Below are positions 1 to 12,309 of a DNA stretch of 41,861 nt, one piece after another. Made by a program: the position numbers and the translations under genes. This DNA comes from Octopus sinensis (taxonomy: Eukaryota): the NCBI RefSeq assembly GCF_006345805.1, contig NW_021835260.1:1-41861 (forward strand), read 5' to 3'. The notes beneath the pieces were generated by a model. That model worked only from the letters and a program-made list of their open reading frames with translations. It did no database searches and was not told the origin of the DNA. Position 1 is the first letter of the stretch; every line of letters starts with the position of its first letter.

Positions 1-429
1 CCGCTAGCAGCAAGTGCTTGTGTGTAATATGGTGCGTGATTATTGAAAATTTCCTCAGTGGAAGAGAGGTTAGATATGCAGGTTGAGATGCCCTTGATTA
101 AGTTATCAAAAGTGGATTTGTGGTCATTGGAGAGGATGTTAAAGTACAATTCGCTTTCTGCTTACATCTTACCCAGAACATGATATATAACTGTACAATA
201 AAAACTACAACTAATGATTTTATATATATCAGTTGTTTGATTAATATGAAACGGCGTCTATACAACTACCTGTCATCCTTTAAACTTAAGTATAAAGCAA
301 TTTGTACGTTATTATCCAGTAAAATTTGGAAATTGAAGGAAATAGCAGATATGGGTGTGAGCTGTTCTCTATGGAAACATGAAATTTTTAAGCAAAAAGA
401 TAAGGGCAACCTGATTAATAATTGATTAG

Positions 430-1400
430 ACCTTAGGGTATCATATGTACATAGTGTCACCTGTACCTTTAAATATTTTAGAAAGTAGCACTTTATTGAT
501 CTTGAAATTTAAAACCTATTAGAAACTTCTTTGCTCAAATTAGTATATAGTGAGCATGTCCTACAACATTATTACTTTAGCTAATACAGGGTAACAGTCT
601 TTAGAGATAAAAGCTAAATAAGTAAATAAACTATTTTTAGTTTTAAATACTTGAATTGTATACATTTTCTATAAATCTTCTCTATTGATGTTACTAAGTT
701 GTGTATATACTTCATCATGGTTTTTAGTGATTAAGCTATTTTATATACTTTTCTATGGTGTTCTACCCTACCTAATTATTTTAAAGTGCTCTACCCTCCT
801 GATCTTAGTATTTATATATGCCTTTATATGAGTAGCCCTTCAAATTAAGTACCCCTTAGAAACCAGAAATATTATGTATGGAGTAACAATAATATCTTCT
901 AAAGCCTATTATATACTTAGTTTTAAAATTTAGTATGGAATTAGAATGTCCTATAACATCAATATTCCTTAGATAATACCAGGTATCAGTCTTTATTGAT
1001 ACTAGCTTAATAAATAAAGATTTAATTTTAGTTTAGTATACTTAAATTATAATACATTTTCTTTAAACCTTCTCTATTGATGTCAATAAGGTATATTTAC
1101 TTTGTCATGTTTTTAGTGATTGAGCTATTTTATTCCTTTTCTATGGTGTTCTGCCCTACCTGATTGTTTTATTATCTATTATTTTAAAATAGCCTTTATT
1201 TATTTATAAAATGAATCTAATTTTGTACCTCTATAAATTCATACTTCGTTTATATAAAACAATACTGGTATATTCACTCCTTAAAATAAACTGCTTAGAT
1301 TATAATTTAATTAATATATAGTTAGCATGCTCTCTTACCTCAGTACACCTTTATTAAATACCAGTATATACTAATTGATCAATCTTCATAGATACCATCT
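430..1400. repeat. Diverged AT-rich tandem repeat, ~390 bp period, about 2.5 units
   Basis: Block 'agcatgtcctacaacatt...cttctctattgatg...tttttagtgattaagctatttt...ttttctatggtgttctaccctacct' (~553-775) recurs as 'agaatgtcctataacatc...cttctctattgatg...tttttagtgattgagctatttt...ttttctatggtgttctgccctacct' (~943-1162); partial third unit near 1306-1380. Confidence 0.75.
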
Positions 1401-2167
1401 TATAAGTTCGTATTTAAGTATAAATATTAAGCTATTATGAGATAACTTCTTTTCCTCCCTCTAATGTGGTAAAAGTTTGGTATATACTCAAAAGTATTCA
1501 AAAAAATCTTTTCATCCTTTTGTTTTAATATTCTTCTGAATAACCCTAAATTTTAACTTTATACAATATGGCAATATTGTTTAAAATGTTTCAAATTTTT
1601 AACTATAGTACCACATAAGATTTCCCCTGTTTCATTTTAAATGGTCTAATAGCGGCCTGCCCCTTTAATTGGCTACTAAAATCTTGATTTCAGATTTCCT
1701 TTACCAAATCTTATGATACTGCTTCAAATAAATCTTGATAGTTTTTTATGACTATACCCACTATGATTTCTGTTGATTCCCTCATCCCACTTCCTAACAG
1801 GCACTACTCCTTGCTCTTTTGGCCTTAGATATACAAATATTTGATAAACTAGTCTATAAATTAAAACTGACCCCATAAAACAGTGACAAGCAAAATCTGT
1901 AACAAGTCTTTCTTCCTGATACCTTAGTAGCTTCTAAGCTGAAGTGAAGACAGCATGTTCTCTGTAAATCTCCTTACCTTCTTGGAGATTTTATGTAAAA
2001 TTATACTAATGTGTCCATCTGTTTTAATTTAATTAAATTCTATGTCTTTATGCAGTTGAAGATTGCTCTGCATTTAAATTGATGTAATAATTGCATTGTT
2101 CAATTAAATGGAATTACGTGAAACGATTGTACTGCATTACTTCTGTATACCCTTGTTGCATATTTTG

Positions 2168-2170
<3 letters not shown>

Positions 2171-2198
<28 letters not shown>
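2171..2198. repeat. (AT)n microsatellite
   Basis: Direct reading. Confidence 0.95.
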
Positions 2199-2203
<5 letters not shown>

Positions 2204-2769
2204 ACAATGATATCAAACCAATGTAAGACTTGCTATCTTGAAGATAGCTTGTTCACACAAGTATATATTAAAAGAAAGACGCTGTAAAGTACGATATGTC
2301 GCCAAAGATCAGGCTCAATTGTGGGTTTCACACTTCACACTAATATCCAATGTATTATGATACAGGGCATCAAACTTGGGGTAGGCTACTGTGCAGAATA
2401 CAAGCCAAATAACAACAACAACAATGATAATAGTAATAATTAAAAAACCAGTATGGTATCCATCACTTTATTGGACATACATGTGTTTCCGAAAAATGCC
2501 AAAGTATTTATATCACATTTGTAGAAACATAATGCAGCCACAGATGTCAAAACTCCTATACACTATTACTATTATTGGGAAAAGTGTATATACTTGGAGC
2601 TTTAAATCTGTTGTATTTATTGAGAGATACTAATGAGGTCAAATGTAAAGTTGCATAATGTTTCTACAACTGTTAAATAGTTAATTCAGAATTTTGTTGA
2701 AATACTTATATATCCTATAAAGCATTGAATACCATACTGTTTTTTGCTTATTATTATTATTATTTCCAT

Positions 2770-2935
2770 ATAAGACAGTGAGCTGGCTCAATCATTACTG
2801 CACTGGGCAAAGTGCTTAGCAGCATTTCTTGTTTTTACATCCTGAGTTCAAATTCCACCTGAAGGTGATTTTGCCTTTCATCATTTTGGGTCGATAAAGT
2901 AAGTACCAGTCAAGTACTGGAGTCATTGTAATCAA
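2770..2935 (+). mobile_element. tRNA-derived SINE, family A (decayed)
   Basis: 'agtgagctggc...gggcaaagtgcttagc...ctgagttcaaattcc...ttttgcctttcatc...gtcgataaagtaagtaccagt' with a B-box-like GAGTTCAAATTCC; same family as the copies at 9.9-11.5 kb. Confidence 0.8.
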
Positions 2936-2949
2936 CAAAACCCCTGTGA

Positions 2950-3845
2950 AACAGTTGGTGATTCGCTGTGCTTGAGAAGATTCATCCAGCTAAGTAAAAT
3001 CAGGACAATTAAGGCATGTCATTTATGTCTATGCTCCAGGCAAGCTTCTTCCCCACAATCCAAACACCTCCCCCTCCTTCCACCCATATTCACCACTCAC
3101 TGTATTCCCCTCCCCTCTATCTCCCACTCTCCCTTTGCACCTTTGCAAACCTACCTGCATAAAATGTGTCCCCATCAAATCTCTTCCCAACAACATATCC
3201 TCCTAACATTCCACTTCTGTCTGCTTGTGTCCACTTGCTACAGACCTTCCCCTCCACCTTTCACTCTTCTTTTGCATTCTCATAAACTTACCCATCCACT
3301 CACCCTATCCAATCACTTACACCTCCCTGTAACTTGAGTGCACTCCCCCCCCCATCACATAATCATCTCTCTCACCCTTTCTTTTTCCAGCTGAGGTAGC
3401 CATGCATCTCCTCTACTGCAAGGCAACTATTTCTGTCCCTCTATTCCTCTTATCACTTAGCACAAAACCACTTCTTTTGATACTCTTCCTCCTCTCAGTT
3501 GAGGAGTCTTGCCTTGCAAGTTACTTACTTAGTGATGTTACTGCTGCCAGTGCCATGTAAAAACTGAAAGAATCCTACCATATGTATGCTTAGATGTATG
3601 TATGTGTGTATGTTACTGTCTCCTTGCCTTAACATTATGTGATGAATGACACTATCATGCATATAGTGCCTTTTATTTCCAATTGTCTTTGAAAACTTGT
3701 CTGGTCAATAGGGAAATATTACCTTACTGGGAAATAAGTGAGAGTTGTCATTAGGAAAGGCACTTGGTTATAAGAAATCTGTCTTCATGTCCACAGTTCC
3801 ATGTGAGCATGGAACATTTGGTATTAAAAGGATGATGATACATTA
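2950..3845 (+). mobile_element. RTE LINE 3' fragment (ORF end, pyrimidine-rich 3' UTR, degenerate tail)
   Basis: 'gattcgctgtgcttgagaagattcatccagctaag' resembles the ORF end of the RTE copies (e.g. 'tatgctgtgcttgagaagacccagcaagcc' at ~21540); C/T-rich tract follows, then 'gtcttgccttgcaagttac' and a tail ending 'agcatggaa...gatgatgat'. Confidence 0.6.
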
Positions 3846-3927
3846 ACACACACATACATACACACAATAATAATAAAAATGGACAATTACTGTTCAGTTA
3901 AACACATGTTTATTCATCAGTAAGATA

Positions 3928-5244
3928 TGAGGTAGTATCAAAAAGTTCCCAGACTAGTTCTATAGTGTGCCAACAGTTGGCAGTATACAGTTGCATGTGC
4001 AATGAAAGCTGTGAAGTAGTGACCTTATCAAAGTAGTGTGTCAAATGGTATCGCTGTGTTTACATTACAAGTTGTGAAATTTGTGTTTTTGTGGTCATGT
4101 GTATTCTGTAGTCTATAATTTTGTCACAGACATGAAGTTTCAACGAAGAGCCAACGTGAAATTTTGCATTAAACTTTTTGTGTTAAACTTGAGAAGTCTG
4201 CTACAGAGACATTGAGCAAGCTCTGGCAGGATTATTGTAACAAGGCAATGAATCATACACAATATTTTGAGTGGTACAGGCGCTGCAAAAGTGGAAGAAC
4301 ATTCCTGAAAGACACTGAGCAATCTGGAAGACTTGCATCAAGAATCACCCCCAGGAAAGTGGTGAAAATTCCTCAGCTTGTGCATGAGGGCTGTGTCGGA
4401 GGAATCAGTGACATTGCTGATGTCGTTGGTCTGTTGTATGGGTCCATGCTGGCAATCCTAACATCTGAATTGAACATGTGGTGTGTCTCTGCCAAGTTTG
4501 TCTCTCACCTACAGAGCAGAAAGAGTATCATGTTGAAGTTTGTCAAGATCTTCGTCAGCATGCCACTGATGACTCATCTTTTATGTCAAGGATCATCACC
4601 AGTTACAAGAGTTGAGCCTACAGGTTTGACCCTGAGACAAAGCAGCAGTCATCACAGTGGAAGAGCCCTTCATCTCCATGACTGAAGAAGGCACGACAGA
4701 GTCACAGCTCAATCAAGAACATGCTCATCATTTTCTTCGACATCTGTGATATTGTGCATTGAGGGTTCATCCTCCAGAGCCAGACTGTCGATTGTAACTT
4801 CTACTGAGATATTTTGAAACATTTGAGGAAGGGACATTTGGTGAAAGCAACCAGATTTATGGAGTGAGAAGAATTGGATTCTTCATAACAGTGTACCCTG
4901 TTACCAAGCTCCCCTCACTCGTGAGTTTCTCCCTCAAAATAACATGGTATGACTTCCACACCCACCATGTTCGCCAAATTTAGCACCTGCAGAATTCCAT
5001 CTATTTCCCAATATGAAAATGCAGCTCAATGGTCACGGTTCTAATACTTTTAATCACAGAAGGTCTTCAACTCACTTATGGAAAACAACTTTCAGGTTGG
5101 ATTCCAAAAGAAGCAGGAACGCTGAGACAAGAGTATTGTCACACAAGGTGACTATTTCGAAAGAGATGATGTTAAAACTTAGTAAGTAAATAAGTCACTT
5201 TTTATTAAACATAGCTAGTCCAGGAACTTTTTGATACTACCTCG
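3928..5244 (+). mobile_element. Full-length mariner (Tc1/mariner) DNA transposon, non-functional
   Basis: ~30 bp TIRs: left TA|tgaggtagtatcaaaaagttcccagactag, right (reverse complement) TA|cgaggtagtatcaaaaagttcctggactag; TA target duplication at 3926-3927 and 5245-5246. Confidence 0.95.
4132..5190 (+). pseudogene. Mariner transposase pseudogene
   Basis: N-terminal HTH 'QRRANVKFCIKL...EKSATETLSKL...YFEWYRRCKSGRTFLKDTEQSGR', 'AKFVSH', 'MLIIFFD', and 'HPPCSPNLAP' (YSPDLAP-type motif); several frameshifts and stops. Confidence 0.9.
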
Positions 5245-5289
5245 TATCTTTAATTGCCTTATGTATCATGCTACTGTCAACTAGGATAG

Positions 5290-6130
5290 ATGGTCCCTGT
5301 GTTGGGTTCACATGATGGAGACTCTCTTTCTTCCATTCATTCTCCACATTTAATAGTCTTTCATAATAACTTTTCTATGCCTCTTTCTTTTCAGGATCAC
5401 TAAGAGCAAGCATACCATTATCTGTTGGTACATCCTTCTCCCCCACAACATCTTGTTTCTCTCTAACACACGGTCTAGCAATCTGAAATACCTCAAATCT
5501 CTGATCTTCACACTGTAAAACATTGGCAAAACTCTCCCTTTCTGTTTCTGCCCAAGCCAAATATACCTGACGCCTTGCTTCTTTTTTAGCTATCTGATAT
5601 GTTTCTTTACTACCCACACTCTTCCATTATTTCCAAGCCTGTCTCCTTTCTTTTATAACTCCATCAATCTCACTGTTTCACCACTTTGTCAACCTTGGTC
5701 TGAGAGAAAGAAACTTTACTCCAATCATAGGTTTGATCTGTCACATTTTGTTGATTGTCCCATAAGAACTCCCAATTGTCCTCTATGTTGCATGACTCCA
5801 TCTCTACCTACTCACGAAAGGTTTCATTAAGAACATCTCTAAAGTCTTTGCCCATTTGAAGGATACTTGAGCTTCTATAACTTCCTTTTCCATTTTGGTT
5901 TGTGAGCAGTCTAGTTGAGGCTCACTTTCATCATAACCTCTTGCATCCACATGCCTCCACTCAAGCATTTCATCAATCTCACCAGACATACCTTTCATTG
6001 TTCTCACATTGATTGTGGCAGCTCTGAGCTTGTGAATCTAGGAAGCCTGGGAGGGAAGTTGTGATGTTTTCAAAATCAGGATCTTGGCGGTTGCTTGCTT
6101 GAATATAGTGGGTCCTTCAGCCTAGAGTAA
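5290..6130 (-). mobile_element. RTE LINE 5' ORF fragment (endonuclease region), decayed and internally deleted
   Basis: Minus-strand ORFs 'RTMKGMSGEIDEMLEWRHVD' and 'YQIAKKEARRQVYLA...FEVFQIAR...REKQDVVGEK' align with the ORF at 17989-20637 ('YQTAKREARRQVYLA...LEVFRVARQCVRENRDVVGEK'). Confidence 0.9.
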
Positions 6131-7499
6131 GCAGGTACAGGTACAGGTTGCAACATAGATTACAATTAAAATTTCCATCGGTTCTGTTTATCTTTTGTGG
6201 ATATGCAACTATGGTGGAGGTTTCAGGTAAATTGGAAATCTTTGACATTATTATTATTAAGGCAACAATTAGTCTTTGGCAATACAGAAGTAGCTGTGTA
6301 CATCATGATAATATACATTTCTAAATCATAACCAGCATCACATTGTACACATATATATATAGACATACACTTGTATGCATAAGTGCATACATGAAGCCTG
6401 CATTACTAGTAGTGACATGCTCGTGGGTCCACAATGTTTATAGGTATTACGTGTATCCATATATTATGCACTCGTGAAAACAGTTCACAGGTCAATAGAA
6501 TAATTTTGACATAGTGACAAGTGCTACATATACATACATATTTATATGCATGTATGTATATAGATACATATAGATACATATGTATGTGTTTGTGTGTAAA
6601 TTTTTAATAGAAAATTGTAAGTTGGAGTTGATTGTTGCCTGAAAATGATGTGAATTATGAGAAATATTTTTAACATGTTAGTTTATCAGTCCATATTGTA
6701 AAATTCTTAGAATAATATATTTAAAAGGATAGATATAGGTAACTATTAAACATTTGTCCATAATGGACATATGTTTATGTGACATGCCCGTAAATTCAGA
6801 TGAAACTGAAATATTTAATAAATCATTAAAATGAAAACGGTTGTGTTTGTAATTACAGGTTGAAGAATATACACCATATAATTGATGCAAAAAGAAAACT
6901 AAATATAATAATAGGATGAAAATGAGACCAAATTACACTGTAACAAAATGTTAATTAATTTTGTTTTTCTTTGGTCAGTTAGTGTTATTTCTTATTTGCT
7001 TCTATCTATAAATCAAAGGGAATGAGTAGCATCACCTTCAAACTTTGCTATTGTGATCAAGTCATCAATGTTTTGAAACTGTCTCATTTCCATTATACTT
7101 CAGACTGATTCACTGCTGAGCTGCTGAAGCAGAAATATTGTTGTAACATATAATCTGCTTGATAGCACATATTTGCTTGTCATTTGCTTGATCTTTATCA
7201 CTTGAGCATGTCTGTTATTGGTTGACAATCTGTGCATCTCTAATTGTGAGCTGGAGTAGTGGTGGAGCATTATAGCCCTGTGTTGAGAGGAATCTTTGGG
7301 GTTTGAATAAATGTAACAAAAGCAAAGTTTGAAAGGAATATAAGCCATTTTTTAATACTTTCTAGGGGTAAATATATAGGAAATAACAGTTGCTACCAAG
7401 GAAAAAAATCTTGTTTATAGATGTTATCAAATGTAACATGAAAACTGATAATACATGAAAACGAAATTCAAATGAGATAATGATGAATAATGTATTAGG

Positions 7500-8520
7500 T
7501 ATTAATGTATATACATATCTATATTAACAAATGTATTTTTTCACTACATAAACAAACAAACTTTGCTTTTTATATTTATTGTTTACAATGGTCAGTGTAA
7601 AAACAAACTTTGTTTTTTTTACAGTGAAATAGTATGTAGATTGCTAGAAATAGGAGCCAATACACCACCAAGTCACCCCCATCTATTTTCAGAAAATAAG
7701 TGTACAGTTATGTGCGGAATCATCATCATCATTTAATATCCATTGGCCGTGCTGGCATGGGTTGGATGGTTTGACTGGGCTGGTATGCTGGAAGGCTGTA
7801 CCAGACTCCAGTCAGATTTGGCATCGTTTTCTACAGCTGGATGCCCTTCCTAATGCCAACCACTCTGAGTGTGTAATGGGTGCTTTTACATGCCACTGGC
7901 ATGACACTGGGGTGTGTTTATGAGCCTCAGACACAGGTGCCAATTAGTGTGACACTTGTATTTGTTGCGACTGATTTTGTTTGGCTTGATGGGTCTTCTT
8001 CTCAAGCACGACATAATGCCAAAGGTCTTGGTCATTGCCTCCGTGAGGCCCAACACTTGAAAGGAACTCAGCCACTTTGATACACAAAACCAGAAATACT
8101 ATCAATTTTATTTAGTATTTTCAGCAGTCATAATAGTGAAATAGACTGTATGTGAATTGCTAGAAATAGTAGCCAGTACACCTCCTACTTGCCCCCTTTT
8201 CATTCTGTTTTCAGAAAATAAGTGCACAGTTATCTGCAGAATGGTTAGATTAATTCAAATGATGTAAAAATCCTAAAATGTTGCCAATTTTATTTAGTGT
8301 TTTCAGTGGTCAACCTAGAAACAAACAAACTTTGCTTTTTATAAGGACATGTAGACATCACAGTGAAATAATACGTGGATTGCCAATACACCACCAAGTT
8401 GACTCTCACCAATCCATTTTTAGAAAATAAGTGAACTGTTATGTGCAGAATGGTCAATAACAAGCAAAGCCTGAAATATTATCAATTTTATTGAGTATTT
8501 TCAGTGGTCAGTGTACAAAC
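7500..8520. repeat. Diverged ~230 bp tandem repeat (3 units), interrupted by an RTE 3' fragment
   Basis: 'gtgaaata...gattgctagaaatag.agcca.tacacc...ttttcagaaaataagtg.acagttat.tgc.gaat' at ~7624, ~8136 and ~8362; 'aaacaaacaaactttgctttttata' at ~7550 and ~8318. Confidence 0.8.
7709..8080 (-). mobile_element. RTE LINE 3' end fragment
   Basis: Reverse complement reads ORF end (gggcctcacggaggcaatgacc...gtgcttgagaag), then 'ttaggaagggcatccagctgtagaaa...ccaacccatgccagcacgg...atgatgatgatg'. Confidence 0.9.
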
Positions 8521-8524
8521 AAAT

Positions 8525-9725
8525 AGGTTGCTGGACCGATAACCAACGTGAGATCTCACATCTCTATGATGGCATGGTAGGATGTTTGCAAACTAAATGC
8601 ACTTTCTGAATCATTCTCCATCTCCAGAGGTCTGAAAGAAGGCTGCATCTTGGCTCTTACCTTGTTCTCCTTCAACCTGATAGTGATGTTCAATGAAATC
8701 TCACATAACTCTCTCAGTGTCAATATCCGCTATCACCTGCATAGCAGACTCTATAACCTGGCACGCCTAAGATCCAAAACTTGAACATCAAATAGCAGCA
8801 TCAAGAAGTTCCAGTACACAAATGACAGTGCTACTCCTATCGCCTCTGTTGTTGACCTCCAGCACTGTTTGACTCTTGTCTTAGAAACCTACCATTGCTT
8901 TGGGATGGAAGTGAATGAGGATAAAATGAAAAGACTTGTGTAGTCTGTTCTTGGACAAGAAATACTAGAAGCTACTGTCAACATAGGGGACACCTCTGGA
9001 AGTCATCAGTTATTTCCAGTACCTCAGCAGCACTCTCTCACAATCTGCACCATACAAAAGGGACATCGACCACTGCATCAAATCCACCCATTTGGCTTTT
9101 AGAAGACACAGCAAGCATGTATTCAACAACCACAGGCTCCCTCTCTGAACAAAATTCATGGTGTTCCATGTCCTTGTCATCTTCACCTTGCTCCACACAT
9201 GTGAGACATGGACTCTGTATTGAAAAGACTTGAAAAAGTTTGAGCATTTCCAACCAGCTAAGCTTTAACAGATCCTCAATATCAAATGGCAGGACTGACA
9301 CGTCATCTACAAAGTCCTCGATCATTCAGAAATGCCAAGCATTGAAGTTGCCATCCTCAAGTTGCATTGCCTCAAGTGGTCAAGACATATATCATCTGAA
9401 CAGCCCCATCCTCTACAGTGAGTTTGGCAATGGCAAATGACATTGAAGACCCCCAAACTGCAGATTCAAAGAACAACTGAAGTCTTCCCTCCTTCAAGCT
9501 GCAATCACCCTTAATACCTGGAAACTGAAATTGTCAACTGTCCACCTTGGCGAAGAGCAATTCATTTCAGTTGTTCCACTTTTGAGGCGAAAGATTGAAG
9601 AAGAAGCAAAAGAAGGCAATGCAAGGCCTGACAACTCCAGCCAAGCCCACACCCACCCTGCCATGCAGTCAATGCCTGAGGTTGTTCCATTCCTGACTTG
9701 GCCTTCTGAGCCATGTCAAGTTTAA
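8525..9725 (+). mobile_element. Decayed RTE-clade LINE of a second lineage (RTE-1/BovB-like), RT and C-terminal part
   Basis: Across frames: 'GLKEGCILALTLFS', 'IRYHLHSRLYNLARLRSKT', 'FQYTNDSA' (YADD position), 'FQYLSSTLS', 'TLLHTCETWTLY', 'LNIKWQD', 'ILYSEFGNGK', 'RFKEQLK'. Confidence 0.8.
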
Positions 9726-9947
9726 GCATTGTGGAGGCATCAGATGAACCAAATCTGGACAGAGTGGTGCCAACAACTATGTATACATTTTACCTTTTTT
9801 GTATTTTTACTGTGTATGTTTTCTACACATTTTTATCATGCAATTCTATCTAAATCACCACATTTTATGTTCATCTTTGTGTATTGTCTCCCTCATCCAT
9901 CACCCAGCTTTCAAATGAAAGAAATTGTAGCTGTTGTTGTTAATGTA

Positions 9948-11530
9948 GCAAATTAGCAGAATCTTTGAAGCATTAGAAAAAGGCTTTGTGGTGTTTGTTC
10001 CAACACTTTATGTACTGAGTTCTAATCTTGCAATGGTCAGGTGTACCTTTCACTCTTTTGGTGTTGATAAAACAAAATAAAATTATATAATATTGGTGAT
10101 ATTGATTAATTCCTGGAAAATTGTCTAACTGTCACCATTATTATTATTATTATTATTATTATCATCATTATTATTATTATCATTATTATTATTATCATCA
10201 TTATTATTGTGGCAGTAAGCTAGCAGAATTGTAAGCACACCAGGCAAAATTCCTAACAACATTTCGTCCATTTGTATGTTTTGAGTTCAAATTTTGCTGA
10301 GGTCAACTTTACCTTTCAACCTTTCGAGGCTGATAAAATAAGTGCCAGTTGAACCCTGGGATCGATGTAATCACCATGCCCCACCCTCAAAATTGCTGAC
10401 TTTGAGCCAGAATTTGAAATCATTATTATTATTGTTAAAGTGGGGAACTGACAGGACCATTAGCATGCTAAACAAAATGTTTGCGACATTTCATTTGTCT
10501 TTATATTCTGAATTCAAATGGCACGAGGTTGTCTTTCATCTTTACAGATGACTAGGGTCATTGTAATTGGCTAACCCCCACCTCCCTCAAAATTTCACAT
10601 CTTGAGCCCATAATAGGGTTATTGTTATTCAAGATGGCAAGCTGGCAGAATCATTGGCACACCAGGCAAAATGTTTAGCAGTATTTCACCCATTCCTACT
10701 TTCTGAGTTAATTCCTCAGAGGTTGACTTTGCCTTTAATCCTTTTGGGGTTGATAAATTAAGTACAAGTGAAATACTGGGGTTGATGTAATTATTTAGTC
10801 CCCTCCCACCAAATTTCAGGCCTTGTGCCTTTAGTTTTAGATTATTATCATTATTGTTATTATTATTATTATGGTATCAATCTGACAGACAAGATGTGTC
10901 AAACAAGATGTGTTGCAATATTTGCATTCATTTCCTAGTGAGATTAAATTCACCCTTAGTCCTTCCAATGTTGATAAAAATAAAGAAATTAAGTCAGGTG
11001 GTTGATGTTATCAGCTAACACACTTCACCTCGAAATTGCTGGCCTTTTGCAAAAACCAAAAGTAATTATTGGTTCCATATTTTGGCACAAGGCCTGCAAT
11101 TTTAGGAGTTGGAGTAAGTTGATTACGTTGACTCCAGTGTCCTACTTGGTACTTATTTTATTGACCCTGGAAGGATGAAATGCAAAGTTCATCTCAGCAA
11201 AATTTGACCTCAGAATCTAAAGTTGGTTGAAATGCCACTAAGCATTTTGCCTGGTATGCTAATAGTTCTGCCCGCTCACTGCCCTAAAATCCAAAGTAAT
11301 TAATGTGGTAAATATGCAGCATCAGCAGAAGATGGGAGAAAATAAAATTCATTATTTAGTTAGGCCTGTTTACATTCTGAGTTCAAATTCTATTGAAATT
11401 GATTTTTTGACTTTCATTTCTTCAAGGCCAGTAAAAGAGAGAACCCATCTTGGGTCATTGATATTGACATTGCCCCTCCTCTCAAAATTGTGCCTGATTT
11501 ATTACAAATGTGACCAATGTTCAAATCTTT
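9948..11530. mobile_element. Cluster of about 7 family-A SINE copies (six +, one - at ~11075-11285) separated by (TTA)n tracts
   Basis: Repeated heads '..ggc.agctggcagaa..attagca..ccaggcaaaatg', 'ctgagttcaaatt', 'gttgataaa..aagtacca', 'ccctcaaaatt' at ~9948, 10208, 10435, 10631, 10872 and 11303; reverse-complement copy contains 'gcattttgcctggtatgctaatagttctgcccgctcactgcc'. Confidence 0.85.
10137..10207. repeat. (TTA)n/(TCA)n microsatellite
   Basis: Direct reading. Confidence 0.95.
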
Positions 11531-11688
11531 ATTATTAGAAACATATTTTTAAAATTTTGAAAAATTGCTCATTTTCTTCAAAATATACTTCTGGTTTGTT
11601 TTTTCTTTACTTTTTTGTTCTTTTATTAAGTGCACTAATTTGATTTTGTTTGTTTTTCTTTTAACTCTTTATGTTCTGAAATTCATAG

Positions 11689-11946
11689 ATTCTCCAGAAA
11701 GAGATGACTTAACACTAAATGTTTCTAGAGGAAAAGTATGCGTTGATACTCCAATCAAATTCCGCTGCAGTTGGAAAGGTGGTGATCCACCAGCAAGTGT
11801 AACCCTGAAATATGAAAAATACTCAAATACTAGTAAAGAAGAAGTTGAAATTAATGTAAAATCTTCCAAATTTCATCAAACAGTCAAGTGTCTGGGCATT
11901 CATATTGCTGCAAATGTGTCTCGTGAAAAGAATTTAACTATTTATT
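11689..11946 (+). CDS. Coding exon: immunoglobulin-like domain (C2-set-like) of an unidentified Ig-superfamily protein
   Basis: Polypyrimidine tract then AG at 11687-11688; donor GTGAGT at 11947; 258 nt, phase 1-1, open frame (x)SPERDDLTLNVSRGKVCVDTPIKFRCSWKGGDPPASVTLKY...FHQTVKCLGIHIAANVSREKNLTIY; Cys pair and 'GG.P.A.V' motif; 4 N-glycosylation sequons. Confidence 0.85.
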
Positions 11947-12129
11947 GTGAGTATAAATGGAGTATCTTTTGAAAATTTTTATCTTCTGTTTTTATCATTT
12001 TCTTTTTTTAATTCAAATATGAAAAAAATTTTTAACTGTAAGATTCTAGTCTTTTGTATATGTTGGTTGGTTTGGCTGTAGGTTTTTGAGTGAAGGAAAA
12101 AAATATATAATATCCTGTGATTCCAAACC

Positions 12130-12295
12130 AGGTGAGCGTTGTTTTATTCTTCTGGAACTATGTATCTAATTGCATTGTTGGAATTTGTGTAGTTTTATCA
12201 TGCAAGTTGAATATACAGGAGAAATAAACTTATGGTCAAATGCCATTATAAATAGTGCCCCAGCATGACCAGAACTTTGAAGTTGAAACAGTTTA
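12130..12295 (+). mobile_element. Degenerate SINE 3' part (related to the family at 33607)
   Basis: 'gtgccccagcatgacca...gttgaaacag' resembles 'gtgctccagcatggccgcag...ctgaaacaag'. Confidence 0.45.
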
Positions 12296-12309
12296 AAGAT
12301 TTAAAGACT

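Noticed and set aside
2972-3337. Pro/Ser/His/Leu-rich ORFs (also 14279-14563)
   Set aside because: Translations of pyrimidine-rich LINE 3' UTR sequence.
7100-7348. Non-repetitive 82 aa minus-strand ORF (and ORFs 120-425, 2391-2633)
   Set aside because: No recognisable domain, no convincing splice-site pair, and length compatible with chance.
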